From assembly GCA_035949255.1 (NCBI GenBank), contig DASZIL010000151.1, positions 9,218 to 73,217 of the forward strand: a stretch of DNA of 64,000 nt, written 5' to 3'. The notes beneath the pieces were generated by a model, which was not told the origin of the DNA, made no database searches, and was given only the letters and a program-made list of their open reading frames with translations. Shown here piece by piece: positions 51,590 through 61,600 of this stretch (position 1 is its first letter; each line of letters opens with the position of its first letter). The position numbers were made by a program, and so were the translations under genes. Source of the DNA: Beijerinckiaceae bacterium (GTDB taxonomy: Bacteria > Pseudomonadota > Alphaproteobacteria > Rhizobiales > Beijerinckiaceae).

Positions 51590-52774
51590 TCACAGAAAAA
51601 GCCCGCCTTCGAGTGAGGCGGGGCAGTCAAGGCGCTTGCGCTCGACACCTAATTCTTCCAACCGGCAAATCTCTCGCCGCTTTGTCAACATAGTCCAGAG
51701 GACTCGGATTGGCTTGGGCCGAAGATCCCAGTAGGAGCCCAGCAGGTAATCGGCCGAATCCGGCTGAAAGGGATGATGCCCAGAGAATGGGTAAAGCGCT
51801 ATCTCTCCGACGTAAATTTGGTCATCGCATTCGTACATATCCACCCTAACATGATCGAGCCCGGCGGCCAGGCGCTCTGCAATCCGGATCATTTCGTCGA
51901 AGTGACGCGGAGGATTGACGGGCTTAGGCGGTGGATGAACAGCCTTCCAGGGAAGCTGCGTCCAATCCAACGTATGATACGAAACCATAGGCATTCGATT
52001 CTTGCCAGACATGGTCACGCTTCGAATCACCTTTACGACTCCATGAAAGACGAAGAATTTGCGCTCGATCGGTGGCAAGCCATTTTTTTGCGACAAGAGT
52101 TGCTCCGCCATCAACCGGCGTGGGACATTGACATACCCAATTTCATTAGTTGTTGATCCGTGGCACGCCTCGAGCCAGGCACGCGCAGTTTGCCGGATGG
52201 CTTGCTGATTCTGTGCGGCTCTATCCTCGACAATGATGGTGTGGGCAGTGCTATGTGTGCTCTTGACAATATAGGGAGGAATAAGTGCCTCGAACGGTAT
52301 GTCGTCAGGAGTATTACCTGTCCAAAGCAAGGGCACGAGATATTGCGGCCCAACCCGCTCGCTGACGAAGTCACGCACTGCCAGCTTGTCGCAGAGAACA
52401 ACATAGAGTGGGTTGAGGTCAAAAAGTTTTCGCCATTGGATTTTCTCAGTGTAACGTACCGGAAAGATTAGCGACGGGTAGAACCCGTGTGCCGCGTGGT
52501 AGGCGCCGCAAATTCGTCGGATGGCGCGCACCCAATCCCATATCCTTGGAAAGAGAACCGAGCACGGCTTTGCCACCGCGATCCTCAGGAAGGATCCGAG
52601 AACTACAATAAATGTACGGTGAGATTCCGTCTGTCTGAGGTCGAACCGGCCGACGGCAAGGAGCCGAGAGGAGGCCCGAGCGCCCGTGACAACCGATGAA
52701 GTCGAGCTGTGGCCGGCGAATGGAGAGGGGCGGACCGCGCGATCACGGTTTGAACGTCTCCCGCCACGCAACAT
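51590..52774 (-). CDS. TupA-like ATP-grasp protein (start uncertain)
   Basis: YTEKIQWRKL, CDKLAVRDFV, YIVKSTH, ERKFFVFHG, DHVRVDMY and VGEIALYP; low GC. Confidence 0.75.
   Translation of the reverse strand: MLRGGRRSNRDRAVRPSPFAGHSSTSSVVTGARASSRLLAVGRFDLRQTESHRTFIVVLGSFLRIAVAKPCSVLFPRIWDWVRAIRRICGAYHAAHGFYPSLIFPVRYTEKIQWRKLFDLNPLYVVLCDKLAVRDFVSERVGPQYLVPLLWTGNTPDDIPFEALIPPYIVKSTHSTAHTIIVEDRAAQNQQAIRQTARAWLEACHGSTTNEIGYVNVPRRLMAEQLLSQKNGLPPIERKFFVFHGVVKVIRSVTMSGKNRMPMVSYHTLDWTQLPWKAVHPPPKPVNPPRHFDEMIRIAERLAAGLDHVRVDMYECDDQIYVGEIALYPFSGHHPFQPDSADYLLGSYWDLRPKPIRVLWTMLTKRREICRLEELGVERKRLDCPASLEGGLFL
51596..51623 (-). terminator. Intrinsic terminator-like hairpin overlapping the end of the ATP-grasp ORF
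   Basis: GCCCGCCT/AGGCGGGC 8-bp stem followed by T5 on the minus strand. Confidence 0.5.
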
Positions 52775-53183
52775 CTACGCACCTACACTTGATTGTTTTT
52801 TATTGCCCGCCCCAGGTTCAAACCTCGCCGACGTGCAAGACAAACTATTCGTCGCCCAACGAGAATTGCATTGGCTAGTTACCAAAACGTTGTGAGCTGG
52901 ACTTGCCAATATTGCTGAATTCAATTCAAATCGATATTGACAAGCCGTTTTTATTAAGAAGGTTAATATTCATGCGATCTCGCCTCGGTCTTTCTCCTTG
53001 CGAAACGCCACGGGCTCAGTAGTTCCAGGGTGCTCTATCGCCTGCGGCGCCTCATGGTCGATGATGGGCTTGGCATCAACTGCAATGACACGCGCTCTCG
53101 CCTCCCGCACAATTTCAGCTAGTCCAGGCCCCTAGCTCAGCCTGTAGCTTCGCATCCTGGCTTGGCTTACCCCACCCACGATC

Positions 53184-53295
53184 AGTCCCGCTGCGACCCA
53201 CCCCACCCAGCAAACATGGGTGGGGGTGGGAGTGCGATTTTGGTATTGCTTAGGGGTGGGCGGGGGTTGCTGTTGGGGCGAACGTTGGGATGGAC
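53184..53295. repeat. ~113-bp G/C-run direct repeat, copy 2
   Basis: Same conserved blocks as 51265-51378, in the same orientation. Confidence 0.75.
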
Positions 53296-53602
53296 CGCAC
53301 ACAACCCGCGCGGAGGCCTGTCACGATGTGAGTGAGTTACCGCCAAGGCCACACTGTTTTGATTCCAAGGCAGGTGATGCGAAAACCAGCCTTTCCGCTC
53401 TCGCTTTCGACGTTTTTCTCTTGTTCGCCTTGCCGACGCATGGACAAGCGCTCTTCGGATGACCCAGGAACCATTTACGCCGGCCGGACTACCTAAGAAG
53501 TATAGCCGGCGAGTTTGAGCCTTCTCCAGGGCGCGCCCCGCGCAATATAACCGAAATAACCGCGATGCCGGAGGCTATTGACGCCAAGCTTCGGAGTTCA
53601 AC

Positions 53603-55036
53603 ATGCGCGTGTGGCCGATGCTTAGAGGCTTGATCGGCGCGATCACGGTATTTACCTGGGGCTTGCTCGCGATAGGCCCAAGTCACAAGGTGAAGGATGG
53701 TGCCGTTGGCGACCTTCACCATGATATTCTCAGCGCCTCGCAACCCCTTTCGCGAAAAACTCTCTCGAAACTCGCCGATGCCAGTGACTCACGTATTGGG
53801 GAGGGGCGGGCGTCGCGCGACTCGAGCCAGCTCGGCTCGGCGCCGGGGCAAGCTCTCAGGAACGATCGTGACGCGACGGCCTTACCCGGAACTTCGCAAG
53901 ACTTGAGCGGCGGCCCTCAGACGAGCGGCAAGGCCGAGCTTGAAAATTCCAGGCCGGAGCGCGCCGACACCTTAAACCCGCCCGAGACGGCAAACCGGGA
54001 CGCCTCCCGGAGTCTCGCAGCCTCTTCGAACCCCGCTCCCGGGGCCGAGATGGCTGGCATTCCACCTTTTGCTCCGCGAGTGACCGTAGATTTAGCAAGC
54101 CGCCCGGAAGATGGGCGGGCGGACGAAGGCGTTGCACGCAAGTCCTTGTCGGCCTCCGACGATGCAGCACAATCGCCGGCGCCAGCCTCTCCTAGCCCGG
54201 ATTCCACAGCACGCGACACAGCTTCGTCCGATGCAAAATCCGTGAACGAAGTCCCGACCATTGCGTCCTTGCTCCCGGAAGCGCCAACGGATTCGCCGCG
54301 CGCCCCGCAAGATTTTGGGGAGCACGAGACTGACAGCTCCGGACCCTTGGCTGACGCATCACGACCGGCGAAGTTACCAACCCCTTTGCCGACAATTCCC
54401 GACTATGGGGACAGAGTTTCGTCCGATGCCACGCACGGCAGTGAAGCTTTGCCAATCGCGCCCTTGCTCTCCGAACTGCCGATCCCCCCGCCCGTCGCTG
54501 CGGCGAAGCCGCAACAGCAATTAACGGGCGGATCCCGGCGTCCCGGCGCGGCTGAGGCCGATGTGGAAAAATCACTCCAGCCGGCGTCGTCGATGAGGGC
54601 TCCGTTCTCATCCGAGGATGGTCAATCAGAGCCGAAAGTTCGGACGACCGTTGCCGGACCGCATTCGAAATCGGCTGTGGGTCGAGCGCACGCTGCGGAC
54701 CCCAAACGAAGCCCAGCAATCGGTTTTGCTCCTCATTCGACGAGAGAGAAGGTGACGGGGACGAGGTTGGATGGGCGGGACCACGCGCCAAAGATTGTTG
54801 CCAGCAAGCGCATGACAGCGAGGACTGGCGAAAGCGGGCGCTCTGGTCGTGCGCCGACCTTCGTGGACGAGAAGAACCGCCCTTTGTCCTCAATACGTAC
54901 GGCGGTGAGTGAAAGCGAGGCGCAGGGGGTGCAATGGCGGCTCTCGCTCAGGCGCCGATGCCCATCGATCATCGCGAGCTCCGACGAATATGACGACGAT
55001 CTCGTTCGGCTATGTCGGCTTTCGGCGGGGCTTTGA
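53603..55036 (+). CDS. Hypothetical protein: N-terminal hydrophobic anchor/signal, long Pro/Ser/Ala-rich disordered region, C-terminal C-x17-C motif
   Basis: [16 protein letters not shown] hydrophobic segment; ends [30 protein letters not shown]. Confidence 0.6.
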   Translation: MRVWPMLRGLIGAITVFTWGLLAIGPSHKVKDGAVGDLHHDILSASQPLSRKTLSKLADASDSRIGEGRASRDSSQLGSAPGQALRNDRDATALPGTSQDLSGGPQTSGKAELENSRPERADTLNPPETANRDASRSLAASSNPAPGAEMAGIPPFAPRVTVDLASRPEDGRADEGVARKSLSASDDAAQSPAPASPSPDSTARDTASSDAKSVNEVPTIASLLPEAPTDSPRAPQDFGEHETDSSGPLADASRPAKLPTPLPTIPDYGDRVSSDATHGSEALPIAPLLSELPIPPPVAAAKPQQQLTGGSRRPGAAEADVEKSLQPASSMRAPFSSEDGQSEPKVRTTVAGPHSKSAVGRAHAADPKRSPAIGFAPHSTREKVTGTRLDGRDHAPKIVASKRMTARTGESGRSGRAPTFVDEKNRPLSSIRTAVSESEAQGVQWRLSLRRRCPSIIASSDEYDDDLVRLCRLSAGL

Positions 55037-55106
55037 TGAGTGTCAGCGCGTCAAGGCTGATTTGTCGCCCTTTTTGCAGGAGCTTTGCCGTTCAGGAGAA
55101 TCTCAC

Positions 55107-56045
55107 ATGTCTTGCGTGAAGCCGATGAGAGGAGCGCGGCGCGGCGCGGCAAGCCTTGCGTTCATTGCCGTACTGAGCCTCGGGAGCTACGCGCTTACCA
55201 TAAGCGGCGGCGCCGGTGCGGGTCCAGGAGGAGCGGGAGCGAGCGGCGGCGCGGGTGTGGGAGCTGGAGGCGGCGGCGTCGGCGCGGGGGCTGGTGGTGG
55301 CGTCGGCGGGGTTGGCGCGGGCGCAGGCGTGGGTGTGGGGGCCGGGGGCGGCGGTGTCGGGGCAAGCGCGGGCGCAGGCGTGGGCGGGGCCGGCGCCGGT
55401 GGAGGTGTAGGAGTCGGGGCCGGGGGCGGCGGGGTCGGTGCAAGCGCGGGCGCCGGAGTTGGAGCCGGTGGCGTCGGTGCTGGTGCAGGTGTAGGCGCAG
55501 GAGTGGGCGGCGGCGGGATCGGCGCAAGCGGGGGCGCCGGGGTTGGAGCCGGTGGCGTCGGTGCTGGTGCAGGCGTAGGTGCAGGAGTGGGCGGCGGCGG
55601 GGTTGGCGCAAGCGCGGGCGCCGGGGTTGGAGCCGGCGGCGTCGGTGCTAGTGCGGGCGCAGGTGTTGGTGCAGGGGTCGGCGGCGGGGTTGGCGCCGGC
55701 GCAGGTGTTGGTGCAGGAGTGGGCGGCGGCGGGGTTGGCGCCGGCGCAGGCGTTGGTGCCGGGGTTGGCGGCGTCGGTGCCCACACGGGTCTTGCCGGGG
55801 TGATCGGGGCGATTATTAGTGCCGGCAAAGGCGGAGCCGGTCCAGAGACCGGGCCGGGAGGAACTGCCGGCATCGGCGGCACCAACGGCATGTCGGCCGC
55901 TGTGATTGCGGCGGGTTTGGGCGGCGCTCAAGGGACACAATGGCGGTTGTTGCTCAAGCAACGCTGCCCATCGATCATGGCGCATCCCGCCGAATACGAT
56001 GTGGATCTCTTTCGTCTGTGCCAGCTTGTGGCGCGGTTGCGTTGA
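55107..56045 (+). CDS. Putative exported Gly/Ala/Val-rich repeat protein with C-terminal C-x17-C motif
   Basis: AGGAGA RBS, signal-like [34 protein letters not shown] repeats; ends [30 protein letters not shown]. Confidence 0.72.
   Translation: MSCVKPMRGARRGAASLAFIAVLSLGSYALTISGGAGAGPGGAGASGGAGVGAGGGGVGAGAGGGVGGVGAGAGVGVGAGGGGVGASAGAGVGGAGAGGGVGVGAGGGGVGASAGAGVGAGGVGAGAGVGAGVGGGGIGASGGAGVGAGGVGAGAGVGAGVGGGGVGASAGAGVGAGGVGASAGAGVGAGVGGGVGAGAGVGAGVGGGGVGAGAGVGAGVGGVGAHTGLAGVIGAIISAGKGGAGPETGPGGTAGIGGTNGMSAAVIAAGLGGAQGTQWRLLLKQRCPSIMAHPAEYDVDLFRLCQLVARLR
55440..55691 (+). repeat. 84-bp (28-codon) tandem repeat within the Gly-rich gene
   Basis: Units beginning GCAAGCG at 55440, 55524 and 55608; the third unit diverges. 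Confidence 0.8.
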
Positions 56046-56405
56046 CGCTTCAATGCTTAACGCTAGGAGGTTACCTATCGACACCGCGGCAAGAGCTAGC
56101 GCGATGATTATTGCAGCATTATTTGGCGCCAATAGACCATAACCGAAGAAAAGAGCGGCGGCCCAAAATGCGACGATCACGACGAGCTGCCAGGGCACCA
56201 AAGGACCTGCGATCTGCAGAGACAGCAACAGTCGCGACTGTTGCATAGCCGTAGCAAATTGCTGGGCCTTTGCTAGGGCATGCTTCTGCGCTTCCGATTT
56301 AGGCTGGAGTGACGCAAGAACGGCATTGGTGTCGTCCTTTTGCGCCAGCGGACGAGCAACCGTTGTGAACGCCCCCGGATCAACCTGTCGGTGATCGAAA
56401 ATCAC
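56046..56405 (-). pseudogene. Fragment of a DUF4239/bestrophin-like membrane protein
   Basis: LQPKSEAQ...SRLLL...WQLVVIVAFWAAALFFGYGLLAPNN resembles the C-terminal half of DUF4239 proteins. The N-terminal half is absent and the ORF reads on into the antisense of the Gly-rich gene. Confidence 0.45.
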
Positions 56406-56693
56406 TCCTGTTCCCCTTCCCGACCCGTCAGATCAGGGCACCGCTGAAGATAGCGAGGCGCCATTGCGGCCTTGAGCGGCGCCGGATACGGTTACCCCAA
56501 GGGGCACGGGTCATGCCGCACGCCCTGTGGCGAGCTGCGGCCGGCGAAAGATCGGGCCGTGGTGCGTGCGTCGGTGAGCCCAGTTTTGCAACGTCGCGGA
56601 GCCAGGCTCTACCGAGCGCTTGGCGGTCAGGTACGAGGGATCGCGACGCACGAGCGTCACAGGCGCCCCTGCGCGCGGCGCCCTGTAGGGGCC

Positions 56694-58643
56694 ATGCTGG
56701 CGGTGATCGTGGGCGCTGGCGCGTTATGCCCGATCTCCGCAAAGGCCTTGGATCTGTCCTTTCTCGACCCTTTCGGCTTCTTCAGTTCCAAGGAGGAGCC
56801 GCCAAAGCCGAATGCGGCAAGCCTGCCCTACACCATCTCCTTCAAGTTAATCGGCGGCGAGCCTGGTAATGCGGGCGACGTGGAGCAGGCGCTCAAGGAC
56901 GCCTCAAACCTTTACAAGCTGCGCAAGGACGCTCCTCCGGATGGTGATGTGTTGGCACGCCGTGCGGCGTCCGACCTTGCCCCGCTCCTCGATGCACTCT
57001 GGGCCGAGGGCTATTACAACGCCGTCTTGCGCATCCGCATCGGCGATGCCGTGATTAATGTGGCGCAAGAGCCCACTCCCGGTCTCATCAAGGCCGCGGA
57101 AGCGTGGCGCAACCGTGCCCTCGTGCCGGTTGAGGTGGAGGCCGAACTGGGCCCGCTTTTTCGTTTGCGAGATGTGACGCTGTCGCAGGCCGCGCAAACT
57201 GTGCCGGTGCCGCAGCGGATCATCGGGCTCAAACCCGGCGCTCCGGCGCGCGCCGCCGATATCCGTGCGGCGCAGGCGCGCGTCATCGATTTCTACAGGA
57301 CGCAATCCCATCCGCTGGCGAGCTCGCTCAAGCTCGCCGCCACTGTCGATCACGCGAAGGAGGTCATGGACGTCGTCATCGGCGCCGATCCCGGGCCACG
57401 CGCCGGCTTCGGCGAGGTGACGGTAACGGGCACGACCAATGTGCCCGAGGAGGTCGTGCGATCATATATTTATATCGAGCCCGGCGAACCCTATTCGCCG
57501 GAGAAGATCGCGGTAGTCCGCCGCTCGCTCGCCGGCATTCCAGCGATAGGGGGGGTGCGCATCCGCGAGGCAACCACTCTCGACGCGCAGGGCAATCTGC
57601 CGATCATCGTCGATGTCAGTGAGAGGCCGAACCAACTGCTCGGGGTCAATCTTCGCTTTTCCAGCATCGACGGCCCGGACATTCATCCCTATTTTGAGAT
57701 CCGTAACCTCTTCGGCGGGGCTGAGCGGCTGCGCATCGACGCGGACGGTTACCTCGCGCCGCGCATCGACGGGGGCTCCAGCGGCATCGAGCCGCGCGAT
57801 TTTGCTGGCCGCATCGCCATGAGTTTCCTCAAGCCCGCACTCAATGGCAGCCGCTTCGATTTCCTCTTCGACGCGCTCGCCGAACGTCAGCGCGTCGGCA
57901 CGATCCGCTTCGGCGGCTACACGGTGCGCGACGCCTCGGCCACCGCGTCCTTGCGCTACCGCTTTTCGGAATTCCTGTCGGTGCAGGCAGGCGTCACCGG
58001 AGGCTGGGCTCAGTCGAGCGACGTGCTCGGTGAGGCAACCGCGACCTTGATCGGCCTGCCTGTGAGCGTGAAATACGACACGACCGACAACCTCCTCGAC
58101 CCGACGCGCGGCGTGCGCATCTCGGCCCAGCTTACCCCCTATCCGACCTTCCTCGGCTCGACCGTGGGCTTCGTCGATGTCCGAGGCCAAGCCTCGACTT
58201 ATTACGCCCTTGATGAAGATGCCAATTACGTGCTCGCCGGGCGAATCGCGGCAGGCGCGCTGATCGGCGGAGCCTTGCAGGACATCCCCTCGAATTACCG
58301 CTTCTATGCGGGCGGAGGCGGCTCGGTGCGCGGCTTCCGCTATCGCACGCTGTCTCCCATGCTCAACGGCAAGCTCACCGGCGGGCGCACCCTCCTTGAG
58401 GGCTCGCTCGAAGCGCGGATCAAAATCACGCAGACTATTGAGCTCGTGCCTTTCGTCGATGCGGGCGGCGCCTTCGCCACGAGCCCGCCCAATCTCACGC
58501 AGCGAACCGGAATTGGAGCAGGCCTCGGTTTGCGTTATCTCACGGCGATCGGGCCGATCCGGCTCGATCTCGCGACGCCGGTCAATGCCCGCAAGGGCGA
58601 CAAGCCGGTCGTGCTTTATCTTAGTATTGGGCAGGCTTTCTGA
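56694..58643 (+). CDS. tamA: Translocation and assembly module outer-membrane subunit (Omp85 family)
   Basis: Signal peptide, POTRA-like repeats (AEGYYNA, GEPYS), RFYAGGGGSVRGF lid-lock, VPFVDAG, GPIRLDLA and terminal GQAF. Start approximate. Confidence 0.9.
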   Translation: MLAVIVGAGALCPISAKALDLSFLDPFGFFSSKEEPPKPNAASLPYTISFKLIGGEPGNAGDVEQALKDASNLYKLRKDAPPDGDVLARRAASDLAPLLDALWAEGYYNAVLRIRIGDAVINVAQEPTPGLIKAAEAWRNRALVPVEVEAELGPLFRLRDVTLSQAAQTVPVPQRIIGLKPGAPARAADIRAAQARVIDFYRTQSHPLASSLKLAATVDHAKEVMDVVIGADPGPRAGFGEVTVTGTTNVPEEVVRSYIYIEPGEPYSPEKIAVVRRSLAGIPAIGGVRIREATTLDAQGNLPIIVDVSERPNQLLGVNLRFSSIDGPDIHPYFEIRNLFGGAERLRIDADGYLAPRIDGGSSGIEPRDFAGRIAMSFLKPALNGSRFDFLFDALAERQRVGTIRFGGYTVRDASATASLRYRFSEFLSVQAGVTGGWAQSSDVLGEATATLIGLPVSVKYDTTDNLLDPTRGVRISAQLTPYPTFLGSTVGFVDVRGQASTYYALDEDANYVLAGRIAAGALIGGALQDIPSNYRFYAGGGGSVRGFRYRTLSPMLNGKLTGGRTLLEGSLEARIKITQTIELVPFVDAGGAFATSPPNLTQRTGIGAGLGLRYLTAIGPIRLDLATPVNARKGDKPVVLYLSIGQAF

Positions 58644-61600
58644 TGAGACCTTCCCGCACCACCGTTCTCCTCGCTTTCCTCGCCTTCCTGGCTTGCCTGG
58701 CGGGCGGAGCGCTCTCGCTTGGGCCACGCGCCGACGAGGGCGATCAGAGCTATCTCGCGAGCCTCATCTCGCAAGCTCTGTCGACGCCCTCGACGCAGGT
58801 GCGGATCGGCCGGCTCGAGGGCGCCTTGTCTTCGGACGCAACGCTCTATGATCTGAGTATCTCCGACAAGGACGGCGTGTGGCTGAGGCTTGACCGCGCT
58901 CGCCTCGTCTGGACGCGAGCGGCGCTCCTCTCCCGCCGACTCGAGATCGACAAGCTCGAGATCGGCAAACTCGAGATCCAGCGCCACCCGACTCCATCCG
59001 ACGAGCCGGTGCCGCAGGCGAACGCTCCTCTCCTGCCGGAGCTACCTGTCAAAGTGCAGGTCAAGGACTTTTCGCTCGTCGAACTCGCCATCGGCGAACC
59101 GCTGCTCGGCGTCGCGGCGCGCTTCACGGCCTCCGGCACCGCAAATCTCGGGAACCCTGCCCAAGGGCTCGAGCTACGCTTCGATGCGCGCCGGCTCGAC
59201 GCGCCAGGCACTCTCTCGACCCGATTGTCCTTCGTGCCGCAGACCGAGGCGCTATCCCTTGACCTCAAGCTCGACGAGCCGCAAGGAGGGTTTCTCTCAA
59301 AACTTGCAAGACTCCCCGAAGAGCCGCCGGTCAAGCTCGAGCTGTCGGGTCACGGCACGCTCGACGCCTTCGGCGCGGCGCTGCGCTTCGATGCGGGTCC
59401 GACGATCGGCGCCGAGGGCAATGCGCGCCTGGCGCGCGAAGGCGGCGTGCGCCATCTCCTCGTCGACGTCGCCTCGCGCATCGCCGGGCTACTGCCTCCG
59501 CCCGTGGCGCCGGCCTTCGCGGGCGAGACGAAGCTGCAAGGGGACGTGACCTTCGCGGACGCGGGAGCGATCAACCTTGCAGGCTTCTCGATTGCCTCTT
59601 CGGTCGCAAGGCTTGATCTTTCGGGCAGCGTGGATGCCGCCCGCAATCTCGACTTGCGCTTTCGCGCCGGCGCGCTGCCAGCACCCACGGGAACCACCAG
59701 GGCAGGTGAAGTCGAGATTGGCAAGCTCGCCCTCGATGGTGCCGTGAAGGGGCCGCTCGACGGCCCCAGCATCTCGGCTTCGCTCGACCTCGAGGACATG
59801 AGGACGCCACAGCTGCGCCTCGCGAAGCTTACTGCCGATTTCACCGCGATCCCGCGCGGCGACGGCGCCGCGCCAAAGCCAATCGCGCTCGCGGCCAAGG
59901 CCGAAGCGAACGGGGTCGCTCTCACGGACCCGGCGCTCGCGGCCGCGGTCGGCGATCGCTTCAGCTTCACGCTGCACGGCACCACAAGCTCGGACGGCAT
60001 CGGCGATTTCGATCTCATCGAGGCCTCGTTGCGTAGTGCGCAGGTAACCTACACGGGCAGGCTCGGCGCGGCTGAAATCCGCGGCAATCTCTTAGCCGAG
60101 GTGCCGGACCTTTCCCGCTTCAGTGAACTAGCCGGCACAAAGCTCGCCGGCTCCGCCACCCTCAAGGCCAACCTCCAAGGCTCGCCCCGGCAAGGCGATG
60201 CGTCGGCGCAGCTCGATATGGAGGCCGACCACCTCTCCCTGGGTCAGGCCATCGCCGATCGCTTGTTCGGCGGCATGGCCAGAGCCTCCGGCGCGATCCG
60301 CGCACTGCCACGCGGCGCTTACGGTTTCAACTCGCTGCGCTTATCGGGCCGCCATGTGGCGCTCACCCTCGACGGGAGCGCGCGTCCATCTAGCGTTGCG
60401 CTCAGCGCCAAGGCTGAGCTGCCGCGGCTCGCTTACGTGGATGAGCGCCTGACGGGGCGCGCCAACGCGATCGCCAATATCACGGGAAGCTTCGCGCATC
60501 CCGATCTCCATGTGGAGGCGGCGCTCGCTGACGCCACCGGGCTCGGCCGGCCGATACCGCGTTTCGGCATCGTCGCGGATATCCGCAATCTTCGCGACGC
60601 GCTCGATGCACGGGCCAAGCTCGACGGGATCGTCGACGGCAAGGAGGCGAGCGGCAAGCTGCACGTGGCCCGCCTGGCCGATGGGGCTTGGCAGCTCGAT
60701 GGGCTTGCGCTCGGCATCGGCTCAGCCTCGCTTACGGGCGACCTTGGCCTCGATGCTCGCCATCTTGCGAGCGGCCATGTCATATTCGCGGCGCGCAATC
60801 TCGACGACTTGACGCCGCTCCTCCTCACGCGACTCTCCGGCAGCGCCGAAGCGGATGTCAGGCTTGATGCGCAAGGCGGGCGCCAGGACATCACGCTCGC
60901 CGCGCGGGCAACCGAGGTCAAGGCCGCCGCCGTCGTGCTCGGCAAGCTCTCCGGGGACGCGCAGGTCGTCGATCTCTATGGAATCCCCATCGTCAATGCG
61001 GCAATCGGCATCGATCAAGCGGCGATCGCGGGCCAGAGCTTCTCGAGGATCCGGCTCGACGCGAAAGGCAGCACGACGGCGACTGATTTCTCGGCTCAGG
61101 CGAGCGCTCTCGGCTTCGAGCTTTCGACCAAAGGGCGCTTCCTGCCGCAACGACCGATGCGGATCGAGGTCGCTTCCTTCGAGGCGAAACGCGGGGCGCG
61201 CGCCATCGCGCTCACTGCGCCCGCGAGCATCACCTTCGAGGATGATAGCGTCGCCATCGCCAACCTGGCCTTGGCAATGCAAGGGGGCCGGATCAGCCTC
61301 GAAGGCACGGCGGGGCAAAAGCTTGATCTGCGGGTCGCGGCCCGCAGTGTGCCCTTGGCTGCCGCCGACATCTTCGTGCCGGGGCTCGGGCTCTCGGGCA
61401 CGCTCGACGCCAATGCCACAATCGCCGGCACGCCGGACGCTCCCACGGGGCCTTTCCACGCCACCGTGGTGCACCTTTCCACGGCCCAGATGACAGGTGC
61501 CGGCCTGTCGCCGGTCGATGCGAAGCTCGATGGCGAGCTCTCCGATAAGCGCGCCAAGATCGACGGCCGCGTCGACATCCATCGCTATGGTATGATCGAG

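Noticed and set aside
55216-55800. Tandem repeats as a CRISPR array
   Set aside because: The units are in-frame coding repeats with no unique spacers, and there are no cas genes.
55187-55891. Antisense (PAPTP)n proline-rich ORF
   Set aside because: It is the mirror of the Gly-rich repeat. The + frame has the RBS, signal-like start and conserved tail.
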